Part shown: positions 1-8,642 of the stretch, one piece after another
Layout: each line of letters starts with the position of its first letter
How positions within the stretch are numbered: position 1 is the stretch's first letter
Assembly (NCBI GenBank): GCA_048941285.1
Contig: JBHLNS010000037.1
Span: 1-32,104 of the forward strand
Length of the DNA: 32,104 bases
DNA from: Promethearchaeota archaeon
GTDB taxonomy: Archaea > Asgardarchaeota > Lokiarchaeia > Sigyniarchaeales > SOKP01
Reading direction: 5' to 3'
The notes under the pieces: generated by a model
Databases searched by the model: none
The model's input: the letters and a program-made list of their open reading frames with translations, nothing else
Told to the model about the DNA's origin: nothing
Position numbers and translations under genes: made by a program

Positions 1-60
1 AGATTTATATTTTTAGAATTTCTAAGATCATTATAACTTATATTAATTTATGTGGTATGA

Positions 61-1719
61 ATGACAGAAGAAGGTACGCAAGAAGAAAAACCGGTTGGCA
101 GATTAACTGGAAAAACGACCACTCATACAGTCACAGTTCTATTTGAGGCCCCTTCAGTCGAGAGAAATAATTATTTAGTGGTTTATGGAGAAAAGGATAA
201 GGACGGAAAGAAACCATATTATGTATTGTACATTACTGAAATGTGGACTGATGAGAAAGGACGTCAAGCAAAATTAGGAGTATTAGGAGAAAGACCAACT
301 AAACCTTTTGAAATCGGTTCAGATGTCTTCATGGCAAAAGAAGAACAAATTTCAAAAATTTTGGGAATTTTTAATCCCCCTGAAGAATCTCTATCATTAG
401 GAAAGCTAATTGGTTACCCATATGAGGTTTATTTATTAATTAAAAATTTCGGCAGAATTTTCATCACCGGAAAATCTGGTTCAGGAAAATCGTATACAAT
501 GGGTGTATTATGTGAAGAATTTCTAAAGAAAGGAATTCCTGTTGTAATATTAGACAGACATGGAGAATACGGTTCTCTAAAAGTAGCTGGCGAGGATTTA
601 CCAGAAGGAGAAAGTGAATTTGTTGACAGTATAATTGAATTTTCTGACTTAAAGAAAAATAAAGGTGGAGATGTAGATATTGAATATTTATTCTCATTAA
701 AGGCAACCGATATTGTTGCCCCGAATCTTTGTACAGTAGTAAATTTGAATGGTATGGCATTAGAAGTTCAAGAAGCAATAGCAGGTAAATTACTAAAAAA
801 ACTCTATGATGCCAGTACCACTAGAAATATACCTCCTTTTTACTTATTTTTAGATGAAGCTCACTTATTTGCTGGAAAAAAGCAGACTGAAACTTGTGAT
901 GTGGTCAAATTATTTGCTCAAGAAGGAAGAAAATTCGGTGCAAATATAGTAATTGGAACACAAAGACCCCAACTACTAGACACAACCATTCGGGCTCAAG
1001 CGGGAACTTGGGTTGTCCACAACCTTTCAGATATAAGAGATATTGGAATAACTATATCCAGTGCTGAAGATTTAAGTAATGAGAATAAATCAGATATTTC
1101 AGGTTTAGATAAAGGACAAGCGATAATATGTGGAGAAGCCGTTAAGGGGATCCCTCTATTTGTTAAAATAAGAAAAAGAAAAACTAAACATGGTGGAGTT
1201 AGTTTTAATCCATTAGATTTTCTATCAAAACAAACTGTAGAGGAACTACAAAAGCGAAAAGAATTACTTTTAGGTGGAAAGTCAGCAGATGAATTAGAGA
1301 CTGGAAAATCCATGTTTGAGGAAATGTTAGAACCAAAAAAAGCTACCGATTACTTAGATGAAATTGCTGCTTTAAAAGTGAAAATTCAGGAATTAGAGGA
1401 TGAAGTTGCTCGTTTAAAGCAAAAAGTAGCCGATATTAAAGAAGGAAAAGATATCCCTCTTGTTTCTACTAATGAAGCAATAGAAGATTTACAGACTGAA
1501 ATTAATGTTTGGAAGGAAAAATACAATTTTTTAAAAGAGATGGCAGAAAAAGGGGGAGAAGATATGGCCCCATTAGATGACAACAGTGAGATTGTATTAG
1601 ATTTAAATAATAGAATTATAGAATTAGATGCTCAAGTTAAAAAATATAAATCAAAATATGATGACGCTATAATCTTAGCTGAAAAATCAATAGCTGAGCT
1701 AAAAAAGCGAAAAAAATAA
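61..1719 (+). CDS. HerA/FtsK-superfamily (DUF87-like) ATPase with an N-terminal HAS-barrel-like region and a C-terminal coiled coil
   Basis: Walker A GKSGSGKS, 'ILDRHGEY', Walker B 'LFLDEAH', 'EGRKFG' and 'TQRPQLLD' are the HerA-clade motif set. The last ~130 aa are an E/K/L-rich heptad region. Confidence 0.85.
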   Translation: MTEEGTQEEKPVGRLTGKTTTHTVTVLFEAPSVERNNYLVVYGEKDKDGKKPYYVLYITEMWTDEKGRQAKLGVLGERPTKPFEIGSDVFMAKEEQISKILGIFNPPEESLSLGKLIGYPYEVYLLIKNFGRIFITGKSGSGKSYTMGVLCEEFLKKGIPVVILDRHGEYGSLKVAGEDLPEGESEFVDSIIEFSDLKKNKGGDVDIEYLFSLKATDIVAPNLCTVVNLNGMALEVQEAIAGKLLKKLYDASTTRNIPPFYLFLDEAHLFAGKKQTETCDVVKLFAQEGRKFGANIVIGTQRPQLLDTTIRAQAGTWVVHNLSDIRDIGITISSAEDLSNENKSDISGLDKGQAIICGEAVKGIPLFVKIRKRKTKHGGVSFNPLDFLSKQTVEELQKRKELLLGGKSADELETGKSMFEEMLEPKKATDYLDEIAALKVKIQELEDEVARLKQKVADIKEGKDIPLVSTNEAIEDLQTEINVWKEKYNFLKEMAEKGGEDMAPLDDNSEIVLDLNNRIIELDAQVKKYKSKYDDAIILAEKSIAELKKRKK

Positions 1720-1745
1720 TTTTTTTTTAATAATTTTTAATTTTA
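1720..1745 (+). terminator. Possible archaeal oligo-T terminator
   Basis: A run of 9 T directly after the TAA, followed by further T tracts. Weak evidence in such AT-rich DNA. Confidence 0.35.
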
Positions 1746-1872
1746 ATTCTTTTACGTTCTTTTTTCAACGAAATTAGCTGTTTGAATCAATTCTTTTTAA
1801 TTTCCTTAAACTATTTATGTGAATTATTAATTGTTTAATTATTAATTTAATAGAATTTTAGTCTTGATTAAA

Positions 1873-2943
1873 ATGAATCTAAACCTTGAAAGTATTAAAG
1901 AATTACAGCAAAAGCTATCATCCTTACTTGGTGTGTCTGGACACGAAGAAGAAGTTAGTAGGTTTATTCTTGAAGAAATTGAAAAGAAAAATTTAGCTGA
2001 TAAGTCATGGACTGATCCTTTAGGAAATGTTTTAGCTATTAAAGAGGGAAATGGAGGAGAAAATAGGATATTATTAGATGCTCATATAGATGAAATTGGA
2101 TTTATGGTTTCTCACATTGATGATAAAGGATTTTTACGATTTGTATCCATTGGCGGTTGGGATAACAGAGTTTTGTTAGGACAATCAGTAATCTTGAAAT
2201 CGGAGGATGGGGAGTTAATTAATGGGATTATTGGTTCAAAACCGCCTCATCTTACTACAGTTGAAGAACGAAAAAAAGTGGTCGATATTGATGAGATGTA
2301 CATTGATATAGGGTTTTCCTCCTATGAGGAGGTTATTAACAATCATATTAATGTTGGAAGTGTAGGCACTCTATTTAGCCCTTTTATTGACTTTCCTAAT
2401 GGGATGGTTCGTGGTAAGGCGTTTGATGATCGTACCGCTTGTAATGTTCTTCTTCATACACTAATGCTTTTAAAGGAAAATCAACCCTCTGATACTGTTC
2501 TTTTTAATTTTGCTGTGCAGGAAGAGGTTGGTGGACAAGGGGCAATAACAGGTGCATATAAATTAAAACCAACATTAGCACTAGCAATTGAAAATACTAC
2601 TGCTGCTGATGTGCCAGGCATTAGCAATGAAAAAATTCCAGTTTACATTGGACAAGGTCCAGCAATTACTGTTGCTGATAGAACACTGATCTCAAATCCT
2701 AAAGTTAATCGACGATTGATTAAAAACGCTGAGCAGGGACATATTCCTTATCAATTTAAAAAACCGAGATATGGGGGTACTGATGCTGCAAAAATTCAAA
2801 TTACACGTTCAGGGGTACCAAGTTCAGTTGTATCTGTTCCATGTAGATATATTCATTCTCCCACATCCTTATTAAAGCTTGAAGATATCTTTCATACGAT
2901 CCGCTTAATTGAAGCGTTTATAAGTAACCCTGCTAATGTTTAA
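1873..2943 (+). CDS. M42-family (TET/FrvX-like) metallo-aminopeptidase
   Basis: Motifs GVSGHE, 'DAHIDEIG', 'KAFDDR', 'QEEVG', 'GGTDA' and 'CRYIHSP'. ATG at 1873 is preferred over TTG at 1864. Confidence 0.93.
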   Translation: MNLNLESIKELQQKLSSLLGVSGHEEEVSRFILEEIEKKNLADKSWTDPLGNVLAIKEGNGGENRILLDAHIDEIGFMVSHIDDKGFLRFVSIGGWDNRVLLGQSVILKSEDGELINGIIGSKPPHLTTVEERKKVVDIDEMYIDIGFSSYEEVINNHINVGSVGTLFSPFIDFPNGMVRGKAFDDRTACNVLLHTLMLLKENQPSDTVLFNFAVQEEVGGQGAITGAYKLKPTLALAIENTTAADVPGISNEKIPVYIGQGPAITVADRTLISNPKVNRRLIKNAEQGHIPYQFKKPRYGGTDAAKIQITRSGVPSSVVSVPCRYIHSPTSLLKLEDIFHTIRLIEAFISNPANV

Positions 2944-2972
2944 GCAATTCTGTTGAATTTGCAGAAATATTG

Positions 2973-3845
2973 TTATTTTTCTTCTTTTTCCTCTTTTCTC
3001 TTCTTTACTTTCTTCTGCTGTTCTACTATCACATTGCTAATAAATTGTGTAGTAGAATATGCTGATTCTGCCTCACCAAGGCTTAAACCTCGTAATTCTT
3101 CCATTTCAGCCTCTTCTTCAGACAATCCAATTTCTTGCATAGCATATTCTTTAGCACTCATTTTATGTCTTTTTGTTCGTAATTCCGCTCTCTGTAAATA
3201 ATAATGGCTAGTCATATGAAGCACTGTACCATCGCCGTAGTCAAATGTAATAACAATTGGATCTTCGCCATATTTTTCTAGCATTTCTTTGCTCACTATT
3301 AAAAGTTTAATTCTGGTTTTATCTAAAATTTGAATTGGGTAGGATGAGCTTTCTAACCACCAGATTGGATCCGCTTCTTCATTGAATAATCCCTCTAAAA
3401 ACTTATTTGTCTTATCTAATACCTCTACTCTTACACAATCATCAGCAGTTGGTCTTTGATTGTATTTTAAATACCTAGGAAAGATTTTTTCTAAAACATT
3501 TAATAAAGCCCAATCAGTTGTAAAGAGAAACCCTCCTTTTTTAACAAAATCTTTTATTTTAGGCAAGGCATCCTCATTTACTTGTCCAGGGCAATTAATA
3601 ATCAGAATTTGTTCCGGATTCAATTCAATTTGGCTAATTTCATGCGGTTGTATTAGAATATATGGAACTTTTATTAAATCTAGTACTAACTCAATTTTAT
3701 CATAAGCACCAGCAACGATAATAATCGAAGATTCCCTCACTTTTCTTAGAATCTCAAGATCAACTGGTCGCTCTCTTTCCATTCTTTTTTCTAAAATTTT
3801 AGACGAAGCTTTATAAGCTTGTTCCATTTTCTTAAAATCTCCCAT
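2973..3845 (-). CDS. Hypothetical protein, probable class I glutamine-amidotransferase-like (flavodoxin-type) fold
   Basis: 290-aa ORF. The stretch 'ILIINCPG...KIKDFVKKGGFLFTTDWA' and the later 'YGDGTVLH' are typical of GATase1/ThuA-like domains. Function cannot be assigned. Confidence 0.6.
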   Translation of the reverse strand: MGDFKKMEQAYKASSKILEKRMERERPVDLEILRKVRESSIIIVAGAYDKIELVLDLIKVPYILIQPHEISQIELNPEQILIINCPGQVNEDALPKIKDFVKKGGFLFTTDWALLNVLEKIFPRYLKYNQRPTADDCVRVEVLDKTNKFLEGLFNEEADPIWWLESSSYPIQILDKTRIKLLIVSKEMLEKYGEDPIVITFDYGDGTVLHMTSHYYLQRAELRTKRHKMSAKEYAMQEIGLSEEEAEMEELRGLSLGEAESAYSTTQFISNVIVEQQKKVKKRKEEKEEK

Positions 3846-3910
3846 AGTAGTCCACTTTCTAATTTTTTAATTTAACACTATTTATTTCTAAAAAATATAG
3901 AAATTAATAT

Positions 3911-3925
3911 CTTTAAACTTTTTTA
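3911..3925 (-). promoter_or_regulatory. Candidate BRE/TATA for the 3845 gene
   Basis: The minus strand reads AAAAAAG-TTTAAAG, a purine-rich BRE followed by a TATA-like box, within a divergent intergenic region. Confidence 0.35.
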
Positions 3926-4019
3926 GATTGCTCAGGTTCAAAAAAATAAAAATTAATAAACCTCTAAATCAAATTAATTTCTAATAAACTTTCATTACTA
4001 ATGTAAAAAATTGATAAAT

Positions 4020-5708
4020 ATGAATAGAATCGAGTTAAGTAGAAAGAGAATTATCCTACTATTTACATTTTTAACAATATTCGTGATAGGTACTGTTTTA
4101 ATTTTCATCATACCTATAGGTGTAAGATCTACTTATAATCAAACTGTACAGACTGTTGATGGAGTTACAATTTCTTTTAATGTGTTTGAGCCTGAGGGTG
4201 GCGGGATGAATAAAAAAGCCATTATATTAGGTCATGGAGTAATGTCAAATAAAGAAATGTTAAAGGATTATGCTATTGAATTTGCTGCTGCAGGATTTGT
4301 AGCAGTTCCTTTTGACTTTAGAGGTCACGGACAAAGTACGGGAGACCATAGAACAGGATCATTAATCAATGATATAGAAGCAATTGTATCCTATTTACAA
4401 TCCAGACCAGATATTGATGCAACAAACCTTGCATATCTTGGATATTCTATGGGCGGCGTAGGTATACAATTAGTTAATCAATCAACAGATTTCAAATGTT
4501 TTATCGGTGCTGGAACTTGGTTACCACCAAATCTAAGAAAAGGAAATCCGACTGCTCCCTTAAATATTTTGATGATTTTAGGGCGATATGATGAATTGAT
4601 AACTCCGGAAGATTTAAAAGGCGGATTATCTGATTATACAGGAATCCCTGCAGGAGATTTAGATGTGAATAAATTGTATGGAAGCTTTCAAGATGGAAAT
4701 GCTTCTATGATATATTTAGATGATCTTACGAATCATGTGTTAGGCAATTGGGATCCAGATTTTATAAGGTCTGCTCGGGATTTTGTTGCGAGCACTTTTC
4801 TAGATGTTAGGCCTGTGGATCAGAATTTTGTTACAAATACAAGATTATTCATACTTTCTTTACAACTGCTTGGAGGATTTGGACTTTTTGTTCTATTAGT
4901 AGATCCACTTTCAAAACTTATACTGAGAGTAAGAGAAGGAGAAATTTTTAAGCTAGAATTAGAAGATGACAGCGTTATTAGTTTAGGAGGAAAGACGATA
5001 GGAGCATCATTGATACTTGGATTACCTGGTATAATTATTTTTATTCCGATTTTATTAATCTTATTTCTGGCAGTTGCAGGTTTTGTCTCAGCTTTATTAT
5101 TTGGTCAAGCTTTTGGAATTCTAATATTACTATGGAGAATAGGGAAGAAGAAAAAAACAAGTTTAATTGAAATAATTAAGAAACCATTCAAAACTTCAAA
5201 AAACGACATTTTAAGACAATTTTTATTGGGAGCGATTTTAGCTGCAATTCTAACGATTATCATTTATGTATCAGGTGGGTTACATTATTTAGGAATGATT
5301 CCTTCAGTAATTAAAGTTCCATGGGTACCATTATTTGGTATTATAAATTTCATTATCTTTATGATCTATGGTTTATTATTCCATGGGATGCTCCAAAACA
5401 AATTTGAAAAAGATTTAAAATCATTAATCAAAGTCTCAATAATGATTTTTGGATCTCTTTTTCTCTATTGGTTTACATATCTCTTTATTATTGGGTTGAT
5501 TACAAGGAGTTTTTTCTACTTTGGAAATTTTATACCTTTTGCAATTCCACTATTTTTAATGAATGGCTTTCTCTCAACACTGATATATCAGAAAACCGGG
5601 AACGTGATTGCTGGAGCTATTACCAATACATTATTCTTTACATTAATGATTTGTACAATTTCACCCTATCAAAGTGGATTAAGCTTCATTTTAAGCTTTA
5701 TACATTAA
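4020..5708 (+). CDS. Membrane-bound alpha/beta-fold hydrolase: N-terminal TM, hydrolase domain, C-terminal multi-TM domain
   Basis: Oxyanion 'LGHG', 'DFRGHGQS', nucleophile GYSMG, Asp in 'RYDELI', His in 'TNHVLG'. About 8 hydrophobic segments follow residue ~275. ATG at 4020. Confidence 0.85.
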   Translation: MNRIELSRKRIILLFTFLTIFVIGTVLIFIIPIGVRSTYNQTVQTVDGVTISFNVFEPEGGGMNKKAIILGHGVMSNKEMLKDYAIEFAAAGFVAVPFDFRGHGQSTGDHRTGSLINDIEAIVSYLQSRPDIDATNLAYLGYSMGGVGIQLVNQSTDFKCFIGAGTWLPPNLRKGNPTAPLNILMILGRYDELITPEDLKGGLSDYTGIPAGDLDVNKLYGSFQDGNASMIYLDDLTNHVLGNWDPDFIRSARDFVASTFLDVRPVDQNFVTNTRLFILSLQLLGGFGLFVLLVDPLSKLILRVREGEIFKLELEDDSVISLGGKTIGASLILGLPGIIIFIPILLILFLAVAGFVSALLFGQAFGILILLWRIGKKKKTSLIEIIKKPFKTSKNDILRQFLLGAILAAILTIIIYVSGGLHYLGMIPSVIKVPWVPLFGIINFIIFMIYGLLFHGMLQNKFEKDLKSLIKVSIMIFGSLFLYWFTYLFIIGLITRSFFYFGNFIPFAIPLFLMNGFLSTLIYQKTGNVIAGAITNTLFFTLMICTISPYQSGLSFILSFIH

Positions 5709-5775
5709 AAAGATTAAATAATTCATTTTTTTTTATTTTGTGATAATTATTAAGAAGTCCTTCGTAGTTAAAATT

Positions 5776-5788
5776 AAAAATTTTAAAT
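5776..5788 (+). promoter_or_regulatory. Candidate BRE/TATA for a leaderless or short-leader transcript of the 5811 gene
   Basis: TAAAAA-TTTTAAAT lies about 23-30 nt upstream of ATG 5811, and no SD motif is present. Confidence 0.35.
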
Positions 5789-5810
5789 TGGAATAAGTCT
5801 TATTTTTTCA

Positions 5811-6851
5811 ATGATGACACAAAACCAGATATTATGTGTTACATATTTTGATCAGGTCATCGGACCAAGCACTTTATATTCTAATGAAACGTTTTCTGGG
5901 TCATCAGACGCCCCAGACGTTAACCGAATTCTTGAATTCAATGATGAAGAAGGCACATTCATTTTTGCTTATAGAAAGTTTCAAACAGTTAATCATATCT
6001 TTTATATGGATTCTGATTTAGCTCGTGGTGGCAAAGAGTTAATGATGATTACTTATATGATTAAAACCGCAATCTTTAAAGATGAAATCGTTGATGTTTT
6101 TAAATATTTAGATTCCAAAGCACCTGTTTTAGAAGAATTTGCAGCTGAGATACAAAAATTAGAAGATATTTTATCAATTCTACACTTAAAAAAAAGTGCT
6201 CGATCTATTAAATATGTATTAGATTTAGCAAATGATGATTTAAAAAGTAGTTTCCTAGATATATTCAATAAATACTTTGCAAAACTGTCTCCAAAATACA
6301 TGTTAGAGACACCAATTAAGGATAAGCGTCTAATAAAAAAAATTTTTATCATTGGAGCACCTAAGGTTGGAAAGACAACATTTCTAAAGAATATCGAATT
6401 AATCCAATTTTTAAATATTAAAAGAAATGATCTACCAAGCAGGATTTTTGAAGTAATTATAGAAAACCTTGAAATTTTAAAATATGATGATAATTTAAGC
6501 GCATTTGAATGTAAAGAATTTGAGAATTTGCAGAATTGCATAAATTTCTCCCAAGGATTTATTCTACTTTTTAATTTGTCAGATAAAAATTCAATTATCA
6601 GGACAAAAGAAATTTTTAAAATTGTAGACAATACACGTTTAGAATTAGAAACAGATTTAGCACCAATATTGATTATAGGAAATAAGTTCCATGATAAAGA
6701 AGATATAGATCCTCAGTTTGTGTATGAGACTTTTGAAATACAAGAATTAGAGGAAATTGGGATTAAAATCAAGTATTTTCCGATAAATATTTTAAAAGAT
6801 GATGAAAAAGTAATGGAAGCATTACGTTGGTTAATAAAGAACATAATTTGA
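5811..6851 (+). CDS. Longin/uDENN-like domain fused to a degenerate Ras-like small GTPase domain
   Basis: The N-terminus has 'ILCVTYFDQVIGP' and 'HIFYMDSDLARGG'. The C-terminus has G1 GAPKVGKT, 'QGFILLFNLSDKNS' and G4-like 'PILIIGNKFHD'. No DxxG motif. Confidence 0.75.
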   Translation: MMTQNQILCVTYFDQVIGPSTLYSNETFSGSSDAPDVNRILEFNDEEGTFIFAYRKFQTVNHIFYMDSDLARGGKELMMITYMIKTAIFKDEIVDVFKYLDSKAPVLEEFAAEIQKLEDILSILHLKKSARSIKYVLDLANDDLKSSFLDIFNKYFAKLSPKYMLETPIKDKRLIKKIFIIGAPKVGKTTFLKNIELIQFLNIKRNDLPSRIFEVIIENLEILKYDDNLSAFECKEFENLQNCINFSQGFILLFNLSDKNSIIRTKEIFKIVDNTRLELETDLAPILIIGNKFHDKEDIDPQFVYETFEIQELEEIGIKIKYFPINILKDDEKVMEALRWLIKNII

Positions 6852-6993
6852 GTTTAATTTTAAAGGAAAAAAGCTTCATTAAGAAACTTTTATCATGAAA
6901 ATATCCATCCAGCAAATCTTTTAAATTATTATAAATATAATAAATAAAATTATACAAACATTCAACCTTAAATATTAATTAAATTTGATAAAA

Positions 6994-7344
6994 ATGGCAT
7001 TCAAAGGAATAGCGTGGGGAATTGTATTCTTTTTTACAGCTATTATATATTTAATAATTCCCTCTTACTTAATAATAAGGTTTTGGGTGTGGTTGAACAG
7101 CTTTCCTGTATATACTTTATCATTATTTATGTTATTTTTATGGATTGTAGCAATTATAATTTTTTTAATATATGTTGTAGCAATGATAAGAGCCTTCATT
7201 CAAAGGAATAATGAAGAAGGACTTGGTATTCCGAGGGGTGTAAAGGGTTTCGGATTGGTTTCTACAATCACAGTATTATCTTTTATGTTAATTTGGTTTT
7301 TAATTTTTAACCAATTAGCCTTTTTCTCTATGGTACCTCCTTAA
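6994..7344 (+). CDS. Small hypothetical membrane protein (3 TM)
   Basis: Three long hydrophobic segments with one charged loop 'QRNNEEGLGIPRGVKG'. ATG at 6994. Confidence 0.75.
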   Translation: MAFKGIAWGIVFFFTAIIYLIIPSYLIIRFWVWLNSFPVYTLSLFMLFLWIVAIIIFLIYVVAMIRAFIQRNNEEGLGIPRGVKGFGLVSTITVLSFMLIWFLIFNQLAFFSMVPP

Positions 7345-7380
7345 AATTGAGATATAACCTAATTAAGCGATATAAAATCC

Positions 7381-8583
7381 TCAATTTAAGATTTTCAGTA
7401 ATTTAATAATAATGAGAGGGTTTTTGAAAAGAAATTTTATTAGAAAAGTTAATACTAGGTGATTCTTTAATAACTTACGAATTAAAGCTTTTGGAAAATC
7501 CATATCTCCATATAAAGTAATCAAATGTTCAATTTTAGTCGTTTTTATAATTTGAAATATTTTTTTGAAGTCCTTATTGGATAAGTTTTCTAAAATACAC
7601 CTAATTATATAATGTATTTTCAACTGTTTTCCAACCATAAAAGCACAAGGTTTCACATAATTCATTTTTATAAATTTTTTTGAAAAGTTTTTGTTTATAA
7701 AGCACTTAACTATACAATTCGCTGCATTTTTTGCACTTATTAAAAGTAAAATAATACCTCCTCCCGTAGTAGCTTTGACTTGGCATGCAGAGTCCCCTAA
7801 CAATAAAACATTATCAAAAGCAACCTTTTTCATTGTACCTAAAGGAATTAAACCTCCTTGTTTGTCAATTATTTTACTCATATCAATATCAAGCAATTTA
7901 GTGAAAGATTTAAAATTACTACTTATGTTTTTTAAAGAGGCTAAACCAATTCTATATATATTATTTCCCTCAGGAACAATCCATCCAAACAATTCTTTCC
8001 ATCTTGGGTCAAAGTACATTGCAGCTTCATTTTCTTCAAAAATATTCTTAATTCTTATTTGAGAAGCATAAATTATTTTATTCTTGATACCCAATATTTT
8101 TCCAACTGTACTTAAAGGCCCATCACATCCAATTAAAAGTTTAGTTCGAATTTTTCGTTTGGAAGTTGTAATTATTAGAGAGATATCGCCATTATCTTTT
8201 ACCTTTTTGAAAGATTTGAATCTTTCTTCAAGATAATAACTGATATTACTAAGATCCTTTACTTTTTCATAAAATAAACGGTCTAAAGCGATTCTATCTA
8301 TAATATATGGTCTTTCAGCTCCACACAATTTAATAAATTCTCCAGAGGAAGAAACTATTTTTGCACAATTAACACGGTTTAAAATGAGTTCTTCCGGTAA
8401 ATGGATTAATTTGCTCAATTTTTGAGACACAATACCAGCACATTGAAGAGGTAAACCTATTTCTTTATGTTCTTCAATGACTAATATTTTCAAACTTGTT
8501 TTTGATAATAAATAACATAAGTAATTACCAGCAATACTTCCCCCAATAATACAAACATCGAAAGTATCTAAATTATTATCCAT
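7381..8583 (-). CDS. Geranylgeranyl reductase family flavoprotein (DGGGPL reductase-like)
   Basis: FAD motif 'DVCIIGGSIAG', 'PLQCAG', 'IDRIALDR', 'IGCDG', 'FGWIVP' and 'LLLGDSACQVKATTGGGI'. Confidence 0.88.
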   Translation of the reverse strand: MDNNLDTFDVCIIGGSIAGNYLCYLLSKTSLKILVIEEHKEIGLPLQCAGIVSQKLSKLIHLPEELILNRVNCAKIVSSSGEFIKLCGAERPYIIDRIALDRLFYEKVKDLSNISYYLEERFKSFKKVKDNGDISLIITTSKRKIRTKLLIGCDGPLSTVGKILGIKNKIIYASQIRIKNIFEENEAAMYFDPRWKELFGWIVPEGNNIYRIGLASLKNISSNFKSFTKLLDIDMSKIIDKQGGLIPLGTMKKVAFDNVLLLGDSACQVKATTGGGIILLLISAKNAANCIVKCFINKNFSKKFIKMNYVKPCAFMVGKQLKIHYIIRCILENLSNKDFKKIFQIIKTTKIEHLITLYGDMDFPKALIRKLLKNHLVLTFLIKFLFKNPLIIIKLLKILN

Positions 8584-8642
8584 TATAAAATCTAATGATA
8601 TTACTAAATTAGAAGTTTTGGAATGTTTCGTATTAGGTTTTA

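Noticed and set aside
464-1583. Minus-strand ORFs 464-778, 996-1313 and 1386-1583
   Set aside because: Antisense shadows of the well-supported HerA-like gene, with no motifs.
2953-8062. Short overlapping ORFs 2953-3201, 3460-3705, 5468-5743, 5836-6021, 6053-6631, 6769-6957, 7014-7211 and 7691-8062
   Set aside because: Antisense or alternate-frame overlaps of stronger CDSs, with the S/F/I-rich composition typical of shadows.
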